Of a stretch of DNA of 64,000 nt, positions 17,408 through 26,917 are shown piece by piece (the stretch's first letter is position 1; each line of letters opens with the position of its first letter). Below the pieces are notes generated by a model. The model saw only the letters and a list, made by a program, of their open reading frames with translations, ran no database searches and was not told where the DNA came from. Source of the stretch: Actinomycetota bacterium (GTDB lineage: Bacteria; Actinomycetota; Actinomycetes; Actinomycetales; Microbacteriaceae); contig JBDLVH010000027.1 in NCBI GenBank assembly GCA_039804865.1, forward strand, positions 4,193 to 68,192, in the 5' to 3' direction. A program made the position numbers and the translations under genes.

Positions 17408-18915
17408 TAGTTTGCCTTCGTTGCGGTTTCGGAGTAGCCGTGGATGGTGACGGTGCCGGTCTTGGCGTAGACGCCGTAGACGCGACCGGTGAACGAGCAG
17501 CAAACCTCAGAGCTGAGGAAGCGGCCATCGAAGCGCTCCAGCACCACATCGGTGCCATCGGCTGCAATGTAGCCAATCTGAATCCAGTCGCTAGTCATGC
17601 CCTCGGCGTTGAAGCCAGGCACAGCAGCGATGCTCTGCATGAAGTACTGCTTCACACCAGCTGGGGCAACAAACTTGGTCTCGTGGTTTAGTCCATTGAC
17701 GGCAAAACGCACCAGAATCTCGTGCTTCGAAACCTCAATGTCGTAGTGGAAGGTCTCGTCGTAGCGCAGGGTTAGACCGCCAACACCATCGACGGTGAGG
17801 TCTGCAACCACACGGGCGTCGAAGCGGCACTGACGACGACCAACGAACGCTGGGTTAGGGCTGAACATGCCCTCGCCGTCGCCGGTTAGACGGAGGCCGC
17901 CGTTTACTGGCTCCAGGTACTGCTGTGGCATGCGACGGATCGAGATGAACTCACCCGAGAAGTCGGCTGGGAATTCGCCAGCCTTTACGCCACTGAAGTC
18001 TGCAACGAAGTCACGGTGCGAGTTGGCCTCGTCAACGTGGATTGGTTCCATCTTTGGCCAGCCATCTACCCACTCAACGGTGGTGATGTAGGTCTCGCGA
18101 CCGTGCGACGAGAATGCGCGAACGCCACCGCGGGTGCGAACACCCAGGCAGATTACGTACCACTTGCCGTCTGGGGTCTGAACCAGGTCGCCGTGGCCGG
18201 TGTTCTGGATTGGGCGAATGGTGCTTCGCGCACTGAGGATTGGGTTGTTTGGAGCACCCTCGAACGGGCCCTCTGGAGACTTGCTGCGGGCGATGCTGAT
18301 ACCGTGGCCGCGCTCGGTGCCACCCTCTGCAATCATCAGGTACCACCAGTCACCGATGTGGTACAGGTGTGGTGCCTCTGGGAACATCAGGCCGGTGCCG
18401 CTCCAAATGCTGCGAGGAGCCTCGAGCATCTTTCCGGTGGTGACATCGATCTTGGCCTGCTGGATTCCCAGGTGGGTGCCGATGTGATCGCCGCTGAGGA
18501 TAAGGCCCGAGAAGGTGAAGTAGCAGTTGCCCTCCTCGTCCCAGGCGATGTCAGGGTCGATTCCCTCAACGTCGGTGAGCAGACCGTCGCTCCACTCGCC
18601 CAGAGGGTCGGTTGCGGTGAAGATCAGGGTGCCGCGGCCACCGGCGTCGGTGACCACAACGTAGTAGACGCCGTCGTGGAAGCGGATGGTTGGAGCCCAG
18701 GCGCTACCGCCGGTGAACACGCCATCCAGCTGCAGCTGGCCCTGACGGGTGACCACGTGGTTGACCAGGGTCCAGTCGGTTAGGTTGCGCGAGTGGTATA
18801 TAGGTAGACCCGGCAGGTACTCAAAGGTGGAGGTGACGAGGTAGTAATCCTCACCAACTCGCAAAATGGATGGGTCTGGGTTGAATCCAGCGATTAGCGG
18901 GTTTGGCAGGGACAC
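17407..18915 (-). CDS. GH43 beta-xylosidase/arabinofuranosidase
   Basis: GFNPDPSI, WAPTIR, GIDPD and PEAPH catalytic motifs, NTGHGDL; C-terminal beta-sandwich; no signal peptide. Confidence 0.92.
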   Translation of the reverse strand: MSLPNPLIAGFNPDPSILRVGEDYYLVTSTFEYLPGLPIYHSRNLTDWTLVNHVVTRQGQLQLDGVFTGGSAWAPTIRFHDGVYYVVVTDAGGRGTLIFTATDPLGEWSDGLLTDVEGIDPDIAWDEEGNCYFTFSGLILSGDHIGTHLGIQQAKIDVTTGKMLEAPRSIWSGTGLMFPEAPHLYHIGDWWYLMIAEGGTERGHGISIARSKSPEGPFEGAPNNPILSARSTIRPIQNTGHGDLVQTPDGKWYVICLGVRTRGGVRAFSSHGRETYITTVEWVDGWPKMEPIHVDEANSHRDFVADFSGVKAGEFPADFSGEFISIRRMPQQYLEPVNGGLRLTGDGEGMFSPNPAFVGRRQCRFDARVVADLTVDGVGGLTLRYDETFHYDIEVSKHEILVRFAVNGLNHETKFVAPAGVKQYFMQSIAAVPGFNAEGMTSDWIQIGYIAADGTDVVLERFDGRFLSSEVCCSFTGRVYGVYAKTGTVTIHGYSETATKAN

Positions 18916-18934
18916 TTTTACCTCTTCTTTGAGA

Positions 18935-18964
18935 CACCGATGGCGGTCGAGACCGCCATCGGTG
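18935..18964. other. Intra-operon hairpin (mRNA stabiliser or attenuator)
   Basis: CACCGATGGCGGTC-GA-GACCGCCATCGGTG perfect inverted repeat; no U tract on the transcribed (-) strand. Confidence 0.6.
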
Positions 18965-18980
18965 CATTACTTTTTTGAGA

Positions 18981-21440
18981 CTACTTAACTTCTACTGTTG
19001 CGGACAGGGCTAGCTTGTCGAGGGCCGAACCCACCTCAAGCTGGAACTCGCCCTTTTCGTACTTCCAGGAGCCATCCCAGTTGGCAAACTCGCGGCCCTT
19101 TACCGGCACCGAAACAACGCGCGACTCGCCTGCTGCCAGTCGAACATCGGCGAAGCCGGCCAGCCAGGTTGCAGGGCGTTCGATGGCACTGGCCGAGCGG
19201 GAAGCGTAAACCTGCACCACGTGCTTTCCAGCGCGGCTACCGGTGTTGGTCACCTTCACCGAGACCTCGAAGTTCTCGCCGGCTACGGTGGTGGCAGGCG
19301 CCGAAAGCTCGGACATTTCGAAGCTGGTGTAACCCAGGCCGTGACCGAACGAGTAGGCAGGCTTGGCGCCGGCCTTCAACCAGGCGCGGTAACCGATGTG
19401 CAGACCCTCGGTGTAGTAAACCTGAAGATCTTCGTCGTGCTGGCAGTTGATAACAGGAACATCCGCCTGGGCTGCGGCCCAAGTGGTAGGCAGGCGTCCG
19501 CCTGGCTCGGCGGCACCGGTGAGCATGTCAACCAGAGCCAGACCCATCTCCTGACCACCGAAGTAGGTGAGCAGAACGGCGCGAACCTTGTCGCGCCAAG
19601 GTAGCAGAACTGGCGAACCGCTGTTTAGAACCACGATGGTGTTTGGGTTGGCGGCAACTACTGCCTCAACCAGCTCATCCTGGCGACCTGGAAGCTTCAG
19701 ATCCTTGCGGTCAAAGCCCTCGGATTCAACCTGGGCGTTGGTACCAACCACAACGATGGCGAGCTCTGCGGCTTTGGCGTTTGCCACTGCCTCGGCAATC
19801 AGGGCGTCGCCCTTAGAAGCATCTGCCTCGATGCCGAAGACGAAGCCCATTGCTACTGCACCCAGACCAACGCGACCGGTCTGGTCAGTTTCAATCAGGA
19901 TTTCGTAGCTCTGGCCAGCCTCGAAGTGGTAGGCCTTGCTGGTGTGAGGTGGCTCCATCAGCGACATGAATGGGTCGTCGGTGTGCACCGGCAGGTGGGT
20001 GTCAATGTGCACCTGACCGTTGATGGTGATCTTGGTTGGCTGAACGCTGGCAAAACCGAACAGTTCGGTGCCGGTCTTGGTTGGGGTGTAGGTGGTGGTG
20101 AACACCAGACGAGCGGTCTGTACCACTGGCACATCAGCTGCTCCCAGCCAGATTAGGTTGCTAGCCAGACGGTCCTCGGTGAAGATCTGGCTACCGTCAG
20201 CGCCGAAGAACTCGGCACGAACTCCAGGCTTGCCGGTTACCGGGTTGGTCAGCTCCTTGCGGCTAAGTTCGCCGATTCCAGGCTGGACAACGGCACCAAT
20301 CGAGTAGGTCATGTCCTGCCCCAGCAGCTCCGATAGAGCATCGAATGGGGTGCTGACGGTAAGTGGGTGAACGGTTGCCGAGCCACCACCCTGAGTGCGA
20401 GCCGCGGTTGCGTTGTGGCCGATCAGGGCCACCTTGCCAACCTTCTTGAGGTCCATTGGCAGTGCACCATCGTTGCTAAGAAGGACCGAACCCTCCGAAG
20501 CCACGCGGCGTGCAAAGGCACGACCAGACTCGGCAATGTTGTTGTGACGGGTAGGTGCGGCCGGGGTCTTGCCATCGATGCCAATGGCGCCAACGCGCTG
20601 CGCCAGGGTGAGGATGCGAACAACCTTGCGGTCAACCACTTCTTCAGCAATCTCGCCGTTGCGAACGGCATTGATTAGGTTCTGGCTCCAGAACTCGGTT
20701 GGGCCAGGCATCTCAAGGTCTTGCTCAGCCTTGGCCGAGTTCAACGAACGAACCGCGGTCCAGTCGCTGATTACAACGCCATCAAAGCCCCATTCGGTGC
20801 GAAGTGGGTTGTTGAGCAGCTCGCTCTCGGTTGCAGTAACACCATTGATTGAGTTGTAAGAACTCATGATGGTCCAGGCGCCACCGTCGACCACTGCGTC
20901 TTCGAACGGGCGAAGGTAAAGCTCGTTCAGGGTGCGCTCGTCAACGTTTACGTTGGCCTGGAAGCGGTTGGTCTCGAAGTCGTTGGCGATGTAGTGCTTA
21001 GGGCAGGCGCCCTTTCCGGTGCTCTGCAGACCGATGGTGTAACTGGAGGCCAAGGCACCGGTGAGCATTGGGTCCTCGCTGAGGCACTCAAAGTGACGAC
21101 CACCAAGTGGCGAGCGGTGAAGGTTGATGGTTGGGCCAAGCACAACGTCAACGCCCTTGCGGGCAGCTTCGGCACCCAGCACAACGCCGTACTCGTGAGC
21201 AATGTCGCGGCTCCAGGTGGAACCAAGCGCGCTTCCCGATGGAAGGTTCAGCGAGTTGTCGCGCTCATCCCAGAACTCACCACGCACACCAGCAGGGCCG
21301 TCCGAGAGCAGCATATTGCGAAGGCCAATCTCATCGTTTGCAACGGTGTTCCAGAAGTCGCGTCCGGTGAGCAGAGCCACCTTTTGCTCTAGCGAAAGCT
21401 TGGCGGTTAGCTCAACTGCTTTTGCGTTTAGGTCGGTCAT
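18981..21440 (-). CDS. GH3 beta-glucosidase with PA14-like insertion and Fn3-like domain
   Basis: SDGPAGVRG, GGRHFECLSEDP, KHYIAND, VISDW nucleophile, ESEGFDR acid/base; no signal peptide. Confidence 0.93.
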   Translation of the reverse strand: MTDLNAKAVELTAKLSLEQKVALLTGRDFWNTVANDEIGLRNMLLSDGPAGVRGEFWDERDNSLNLPSGSALGSTWSRDIAHEYGVVLGAEAARKGVDVVLGPTINLHRSPLGGRHFECLSEDPMLTGALASSYTIGLQSTGKGACPKHYIANDFETNRFQANVNVDERTLNELYLRPFEDAVVDGGAWTIMSSYNSINGVTATESELLNNPLRTEWGFDGVVISDWTAVRSLNSAKAEQDLEMPGPTEFWSQNLINAVRNGEIAEEVVDRKVVRILTLAQRVGAIGIDGKTPAAPTRHNNIAESGRAFARRVASEGSVLLSNDGALPMDLKKVGKVALIGHNATAARTQGGGSATVHPLTVSTPFDALSELLGQDMTYSIGAVVQPGIGELSRKELTNPVTGKPGVRAEFFGADGSQIFTEDRLASNLIWLGAADVPVVQTARLVFTTTYTPTKTGTELFGFASVQPTKITINGQVHIDTHLPVHTDDPFMSLMEPPHTSKAYHFEAGQSYEILIETDQTGRVGLGAVAMGFVFGIEADASKGDALIAEAVANAKAAELAIVVVGTNAQVESEGFDRKDLKLPGRQDELVEAVVAANPNTIVVLNSGSPVLLPWRDKVRAVLLTYFGGQEMGLALVDMLTGAAEPGGRLPTTWAAAQADVPVINCQHDEDLQVYYTEGLHIGYRAWLKAGAKPAYSFGHGLGYTSFEMSELSAPATTVAGENFEVSVKVTNTGSRAGKHVVQVYASRSASAIERPATWLAGFADVRLAAGESRVVSVPVKGREFANWDGSWKYEKGEFQLEVGSALDKLALSATVEVK

Positions 21441-21477
21441 TTGTTGTTTACCTTCTTTGGGAAACTTAGGCCAAGGC

Positions 21478-21501
21478 CCACCCGGGGATGATTCCGGGTG
21501 G
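21478..21501. other. Imperfect intercistronic hairpin
   Basis: CCACCCGGGG-ATGA-TTCCGGGTGG between the ATPase and GH3 genes. Confidence 0.4.
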
Positions 21502-21525
21502 TCTGGCTTCTAATAATTTGTTGTT

Positions 21526-22356
21526 TTAGATGGCGCCGGCAGCGAGAAGCGCACGACGCTCTTCGCGACGGATTGCCTGCTCGTCTGGGTTTGGAACCGG
21601 AGCGGCCATCATTAGTCGCTTGGTGTAAGGGTGCTGCGGGTTAGAGGTAACCTGCTCGCCGTCACCCCACTCCACAATCTCGCCCTGGTACATCACTGCA
21701 ACACGGTGGCTGAGGTGGCGAACCACAGCTAGGTCGTGACTGATGAACAGGTAGGCAACGCCGGTGCGCTGCTGGATCTCTAGGAAGAGGTCTAGAACGC
21801 GCGACTGAGTGGTTAGGTCGAGGGCCGAAACTGGCTCGTCACAGACGATCAGCTTTGGCTCTAGAGCTAGCGCACGAGCAATGGCGATACGCTGACGCTG
21901 GCCGCCCGAGAACTCGCGCGGACGACGGTCTGCTGCGTCGGTTGGAAGGCCCACCGAGTCCAGCAGTTCGCGAACGCGCATGTTTGCATCCGCCTTGGTC
22001 CAGTTACGAACCAGCATTGGCTCGGTGAGGATCTGCTCGATGCTCATGGCTGGGTTCAGCGAGGAGTAAGGGTCTTGGAACACAACCTGGACGTCCTTCG
22101 AGATTTCCTTACGCTCCGAACGCGAAGCGTGAGCAATCTCCTTGCCCTCCAGCTTGATTGAACCACCGGTGACCGGAGCCAGGCCAAGAACTGCACGACC
22201 GAGGGTGGTCTTGCCGGAGCCAGACTCACCAACTAGGCCAACGCACTCGCCAGCGCGGATGTCTAGCGAAACGCCCTTCAGAGCCTTGAAGTCCTTCTTG
22301 AGGCCCTTGCCCTTGTAGGTAACTTCGACGTTGTCGATATTTAGCAACTCAGTCAT
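21526..22356 (-). CDS. Peptide/nickel-family ABC ATPase (OppF-like)
   Basis: GESGSGKT, FQDPYSSLNP, FSGGQRQR, CDEPVSALD, HPYT. Confidence 0.92.
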   Translation of the reverse strand: MTELLNIDNVEVTYKGKGLKKDFKALKGVSLDIRAGECVGLVGESGSGKTTLGRAVLGLAPVTGGSIKLEGKEIAHASRSERKEISKDVQVVFQDPYSSLNPAMSIEQILTEPMLVRNWTKADANMRVRELLDSVGLPTDAADRRPREFSGGQRQRIAIARALALEPKLIVCDEPVSALDLTTQSRVLDLFLEIQQRTGVAYLFISHDLAVVRHLSHRVAVMYQGEIVEWGDGEQVTSNPQHPYTKRLMMAAPVPNPDEQAIRREERRALLAAGAI

Positions 22357-22358
22357 GA

Positions 22359-24149
22359 TTAGTTGCCTTTCGGTGCTTCGTAGGCGCCACGAGCTGGTCC
22401 ACCCTCGAGGATGGAGTCAAGTAGCGACTGGGTGTATGAGTGCTGGGCGTTCTTGAAGATGTCGCGAACTGGGCCACGCTCGATGATTCGACCGTTCTGC
22501 ATCACGTTGATGTAGTCACAGAGGTCTGCAACCACACCGAAGTTGTGGGTAACCAACAGCAGTGCAGTGTTGGTTTCCTTCTGCAGCTCGCGCAGCAGGT
22601 CTAGAACTTCGGCCTGAACGGTTACGTCCAGAGCGGTGGTTGGCTCATCAGCGATGATGAGGTCTGGGTCGCAGGAAACAGCACCGGCAATTAGCACGCG
22701 CTGAGCCTGACCACCCGAGATCTCGTGTGGGTACTTCTTGAGGGTTAGCTCAGGGTTAGGAATACCTACGCGGGTAAGAAGTGCGATTGCCTTCTTCTTT
22801 GCATCAGCCTTGCTTAGGCCAAGCACCTTCTGCATCGGTTCCATCAGCTGGGTGCCAATTGTGAACGATGGGTCCAGGTTGCTCATTGGCTCCTGCGGGA
22901 TGTAGGCAATCTTGGCACCACGGATGCTGTCGTAGACCTTGGCAGCCGAGCCAACAAGCTCTTCGCCGGCAAACTGAATGTTGCCCGAGAGGATACGACC
23001 ACCCTTTGGAAGCAGACCTAGCACCGAGAACGCGGTCTGGGTCTTACCCGAACCACTCTCACCGATGAGGCCAACCACTTCACCGCGGTTGATGTCTAGC
23101 GATACACCGTGAACAACCTGGCGAAGACCGCCCTGGCCGTCTGGGTAACCGATGACAACGTTGTCTACGCGCAGCACTTGCTCGCCCTTGCGATCTGGCG
23201 CTGGGTGAGTAACTACTGGCGACTGCTCCATCTGAGCTGCACGCTTTGAGGCGTTCTCGGCTGCATCCTTCTTAACGCGAAGGTTCTTAGGACCGGTGCG
23301 CTCTAGTTCGTCGCGAAGAGTGTTCGCGAAGATAACCAGAGCAAGGGTAATGAGTGCAATGAATGCGCTTGGCCAGATCAGCAGCTGTGGGCTGTTGTAG
23401 ATGCGGCTGAATGCGTCCTGAAGCATCGAACCCCAGCTGACCTGGCTGGTGTCACCAAGCCCTAGGAAGGCAAGACCAACCTGGATAGCAATTGCGATTG
23501 CACCCACGATGGCAGTCTGGATGATGATCGGGGTGCGAACCACGCCCAGGATGTGACGACCGATGATGGTCACATCTCCAAGACCAGATACACGAGCTGC
23601 GTCAACGTAGAGCTCGCCGCGCACACCGCGAACGGTGGTGTAAACCAAGCGGTAGTAGGCAGGCGAAAGCAGCACACCGAAGAGCTCCATCGAGGTCCAC
23701 ATCGATGGGCCCATTACTGCGGCGGCAGCAAGAAGCACAACTAGACCTGGAAGAGCCATGAGCACCGAGCTGAACCAGCTGGCCACGTTGTCGAACCAGC
23801 CACCGAAGTAACCGGCAATCAGACCCGAAACCACACCGATTGCGATGGCGATAACCACTGCCAGCGCTGCAGCCTCGAGGCTGTAGTTGGTTGCGGCTGC
23901 CAGCACTGTGAAGATGTCACGTCCGGCGGTGTCGGTGCCAAAGAAGTGCTTCAGCGAAGGCATTGCAGTCAGTGCGTAAACGTCTGGCTCGTTTGCCTTG
24001 TAAGGGCTGAGGATCGGAACGATGATTCCGAACAGGATGATGGCAAGCACGATACCGATGGAGAAGATTCCACTCGGGTTGGTGATGATGCGCTTGAACA
24101 GGCTCTCCTGCTTGGTGACCGGCATGGTCACAATGGTGGTGGTTGTCAT
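22359..24149 (-). CDS. Fused OppC-like permease / OppD-like ATPase
   Basis: N-terminal HFFGTDTAGRD and YVDAARVSG permease motifs; C-terminal GESGSGKT, ISGGQAQR, ADEPTTALD. Confidence 0.9.
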   Translation of the reverse strand: MTTTTIVTMPVTKQESLFKRIITNPSGIFSIGIVLAIILFGIIVPILSPYKANEPDVYALTAMPSLKHFFGTDTAGRDIFTVLAAATNYSLEAAALAVVIAIAIGVVSGLIAGYFGGWFDNVASWFSSVLMALPGLVVLLAAAAVMGPSMWTSMELFGVLLSPAYYRLVYTTVRGVRGELYVDAARVSGLGDVTIIGRHILGVVRTPIIIQTAIVGAIAIAIQVGLAFLGLGDTSQVSWGSMLQDAFSRIYNSPQLLIWPSAFIALITLALVIFANTLRDELERTGPKNLRVKKDAAENASKRAAQMEQSPVVTHPAPDRKGEQVLRVDNVVIGYPDGQGGLRQVVHGVSLDINRGEVVGLIGESGSGKTQTAFSVLGLLPKGGRILSGNIQFAGEELVGSAAKVYDSIRGAKIAYIPQEPMSNLDPSFTIGTQLMEPMQKVLGLSKADAKKKAIALLTRVGIPNPELTLKKYPHEISGGQAQRVLIAGAVSCDPDLIIADEPTTALDVTVQAEVLDLLRELQKETNTALLLVTHNFGVVADLCDYINVMQNGRIIERGPVRDIFKNAQHSYTQSLLDSILEGGPARGAYEAPKGN

Positions 24150-25087
24150 GATAGGCGCACCTTAGGGTTCAGAGCCGCCGACAGTAGGTCGATAACTAGG
24201 TTGACGATGATTACGATTACCGCGGTCATAACCACGATTCCCATGGTTGCCGGGATGTCGCTGGTTCCGGTGGAGTGCACAGCGTATGGGCCTAGGCCTG
24301 GAATGTTGAAGATCTGCTCAACGATTACGGCTCCACCCATCATGCCTACGAACTGCACACCGAGGAGCGATAGTGCTGGGCCACCGGCGTTGCGGAGAAC
24401 GTGCTTGTAGACCACGCGGTTGAACGAGAGGCCACGAGCACGCAGGGTGCGAACGTAGTCGGCACTAAGCGCGTCGGAAACTGCTCCGCGAATCTGCTGA
24501 GCCAGCGCAGCGATAGAGCTGAGGGCCAGAGCAAAGATTGGTAGGGTTGCCGACTTGAAGAAGCCAGCAGGGTCGTCGCTGAAGGCGATCCAACCCACTG
24601 CGTTAAAGATGTGGAGCTTCACTGCGAATACGGTTACGAGGAAGAACGCAACCAGGAAGCCCGGGATTGCAAAACCGATGAGGCCGATGAACTGAACGAA
24701 GCGGTCTACCCAACCACCGCGCACTGCGGCGGTTACGCCCAGTAGCACCGAGATGATTGCGGCGAACAGGGTGGTCCAGGTGACCAGGGTCAAAGTAATT
24801 GGAAGGCGGGTTGCGAGGTCTTGTGCAACCGGCATTGGGCTGGCCCAAGCGGCACCGAGGTTGCCCTGAAGTAGGTTTTGCGCCCACATCCAGAACTGCT
24901 CGAGGATTGGCTTGTCTAGGCCAAGGTCGTGGTTCTTAGCCAGCACGTCGGCGTTGCTTGCCTGTACACCCAGAATCTGACGGGCTACGTTACCGGCACC
25001 CAGGTGAAGAAGAATGAAGGCTAGTGCACTTACCGTGACCAGCATGATGAGTCCGTTTAGGACTCTCTTTAGAGTGAAGTTCAGCAT
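24146..25087 (-). CDS. OppB-like ABC permease
   Basis: LGLDKPILEQF, RLPITL, DYVRTLRARGL, KHVLRNA, VEQIFNIPGLG. Confidence 0.92.
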   Translation of the reverse strand: MLNFTLKRVLNGLIMLVTVSALAFILLHLGAGNVARQILGVQASNADVLAKNHDLGLDKPILEQFWMWAQNLLQGNLGAAWASPMPVAQDLATRLPITLTLVTWTTLFAAIISVLLGVTAAVRGGWVDRFVQFIGLIGFAIPGFLVAFFLVTVFAVKLHIFNAVGWIAFSDDPAGFFKSATLPIFALALSSIAALAQQIRGAVSDALSADYVRTLRARGLSFNRVVYKHVLRNAGGPALSLLGVQFVGMMGGAVIVEQIFNIPGLGPYAVHSTGTSDIPATMGIVVMTAVIVIIVNLVIDLLSAALNPKVRLS

Positions 25088-25136
25088 CGTCTATCCGATT
25101 TCGTCCGAGTGGGGACTTGTGATATTTCGAAGAGTT

Positions 25137-25166
25137 AGGGGCTGCGGGATGAACCCGCAACCCCCT
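25137..25166. other. Hairpin after substrate-binding gene (differential mRNA stability)
   Basis: AGGGGCTGCGGG-ATGAA-CCCGCAACCCCCT. Confidence 0.55.
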
Positions 25167-25190
25167 CCTCGTGTGGCGTAATGCCTAGTA

Positions 25191-26699
25191 CTACTTGATG
25201 TTGTACAGGTAAGGGATTACGTTACCGGCCTGAGCCGATGCAACGTTGATGCCCTTGAATGCGAAGTTAGCCTGCTTCTCGTAGAACGGAAGGAACCAAG
25301 CGTTCTTCACCATGTAGGTGTTTAGCTTCTTCTGCAGCTCGATGCTCTGAGCGTCGTTCTTTGCAGACTGGATCTGCTTCAGAAGTGCTGCCGAAGTCTT
25401 GTCGGTGTAGTGGTCGTTGTTGAACAGCGAGTTAGGGGTAACCATGAAGTTCAGCATCTTCCAACCGTTGATGGCGCGCTCGAACTGCATCAGGCTTGCT
25501 GGCCACTTTGGAGCCTGTAGGTCGGTGATGAAGGTTGCGCCGGTCTGTGGCTGGCCGTCTACCTTGATGTTGATCTTGGCAAGCTGTGCAGCGATGATGT
25601 CGTAGGTGCTCTGACCGAAGTAGAAGGCAAGAGTAGGCATTGGAAGGGTGAAGCCCTTTGCGTAGCCTGCTGCAGCCATAAGCTTCTTAGCGCCTGCGAT
25701 GTCGTACTTGTAGGTGTTGTTCAGACCTGGGATGTAAGCCTTCGACTGCGATGGGTAGTACTGCTCGGTTACCTTACCGGCACCGCCATCGATTGCCTGA
25801 AGCATTGCCTTGCGGTCGAACGCCATGTTCATTGCCTGACGAACGCGTACGTCCTTCAGTGCCTTAACCTGCTTGCCGAAACGGTCGCTGAAGTAGATAC
25901 CTAGGCAGTCAAGGTAAGCCGATACGGTCTTTAGGCCAGCAGCCTTTAGACCAGCAATGGCCGAGTTGGTTGCAACGTTTGCACCCTGAACCGCACCAGT
26001 CTCAAGGGCGTTAACCATAGCGGTTGCGTCCTGGATGTACTTGATGGTTACGGTGTCGTAGGTTACGTCCTTTGCACCCCAGAAGCTTGGGTTCTTCTGG
26101 AAGGTGTAGTGGTCGCCAAACTTGCTGTTAGCTGCGTCGAGAGTGTATGGACCAGCACCAACTGGAACGGTCTTCTCGTTTGCTGCACCGATCTGCGAAG
26201 GGGCCTCGATAAGACCAGCGGTCTCTGCAAGGTTCTCTAGAACGGCTGGGTCAACCTGGTTTAGCTTTAGAACAACGGTGGTTGCGTTTGGAGCGGTAGC
26301 GGTGTCAACCGAAGCTAGGTAGTTTGCTGCTGGACCCTTGCTGTCGCGGTTAGCAACGATGTTCTTAACAACTGCTGCTGCGTCTTCTGGGGTGCCATCG
26401 GTGAACTTCTGGCCTGCGCGGATCTTTAGGGTCAGAGTGGTCTGAGCCTTGTCGTAGCTCCAGCTGGTAGCTAGACCAGGGATAAGGGTGTCGTCGGCCT
26501 TCTTGCGTAGAAGAGTGTCGTATACAGCCTGGTAGAACCAGACGCGGTTTCCGTACTCGCCCTGCGATGCGGCGTAGTTAACTACGTCGGAAACAGAACC
26601 AAGGGTGAGGGTCTTGCCGGCTGCGTGGCTTGGAGCAATGCCGGTCATTAGTAGACCTGCTGCTGCTGCAACTGCAACCAAAGACTTGATCTTTGACAT
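25191..26699 (-). CDS. Family-5 (OppA/DppA-type) substrate-binding protein, probably for glycosides
   Basis: VYDTLL, PGLATSW, KFTDGT, PVGAGPY, DVRVRQAMNMAFDR; AGGAG RBS; signal peptide ending PSHA-A. Confidence 0.88.
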   Translation of the reverse strand: MSKIKSLVAVAAAAGLLMTGIAPSHAAGKTLTLGSVSDVVNYAASQGEYGNRVWFYQAVYDTLLRKKADDTLIPGLATSWSYDKAQTTLTLKIRAGQKFTDGTPEDAAAVVKNIVANRDSKGPAANYLASVDTATAPNATTVVLKLNQVDPAVLENLAETAGLIEAPSQIGAANEKTVPVGAGPYTLDAANSKFGDHYTFQKNPSFWGAKDVTYDTVTIKYIQDATAMVNALETGAVQGANVATNSAIAGLKAAGLKTVSAYLDCLGIYFSDRFGKQVKALKDVRVRQAMNMAFDRKAMLQAIDGGAGKVTEQYYPSQSKAYIPGLNNTYKYDIAGAKKLMAAAGYAKGFTLPMPTLAFYFGQSTYDIIAAQLAKINIKVDGQPQTGATFITDLQAPKWPASLMQFERAINGWKMLNFMVTPNSLFNNDHYTDKTSAALLKQIQSAKNDAQSIELQKKLNTYMVKNAWFLPFYEKQANFAFKGINVASAQAGNVIPYLYNIK

Positions 26700-26835
26700 G
26701 TAGTTCTCCTGGGTAAGGGATTATTTGTATGTGCTTCTTTGCTGACACCAAATCACAACTGTGTTTCGTGCTAAAACATAAGTTATCCGAAATAAACTAA
26801 GTGCACACTAAATAAATAACGAATTGATACCCATT

Positions 26836-26865
26836 TGTTATCGTTCACATAAGTAAGCGTTTACA
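26836..26865. promoter_or_regulatory. Two tandem LacI/cre-like sites in the divergent SBP/TetR promoter
   Basis: TGTTATCGTTCACA (26836-26849) and AGTAAGCGTTTACA (26852-26865), both CG-centred pseudo-palindromes. Confidence 0.45.
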
Positions 26866-26917
26866 ACGACTACAAATAGACTCATTACCTAATTTTTCTA
26901 ACGAAGGCATAACGCAA

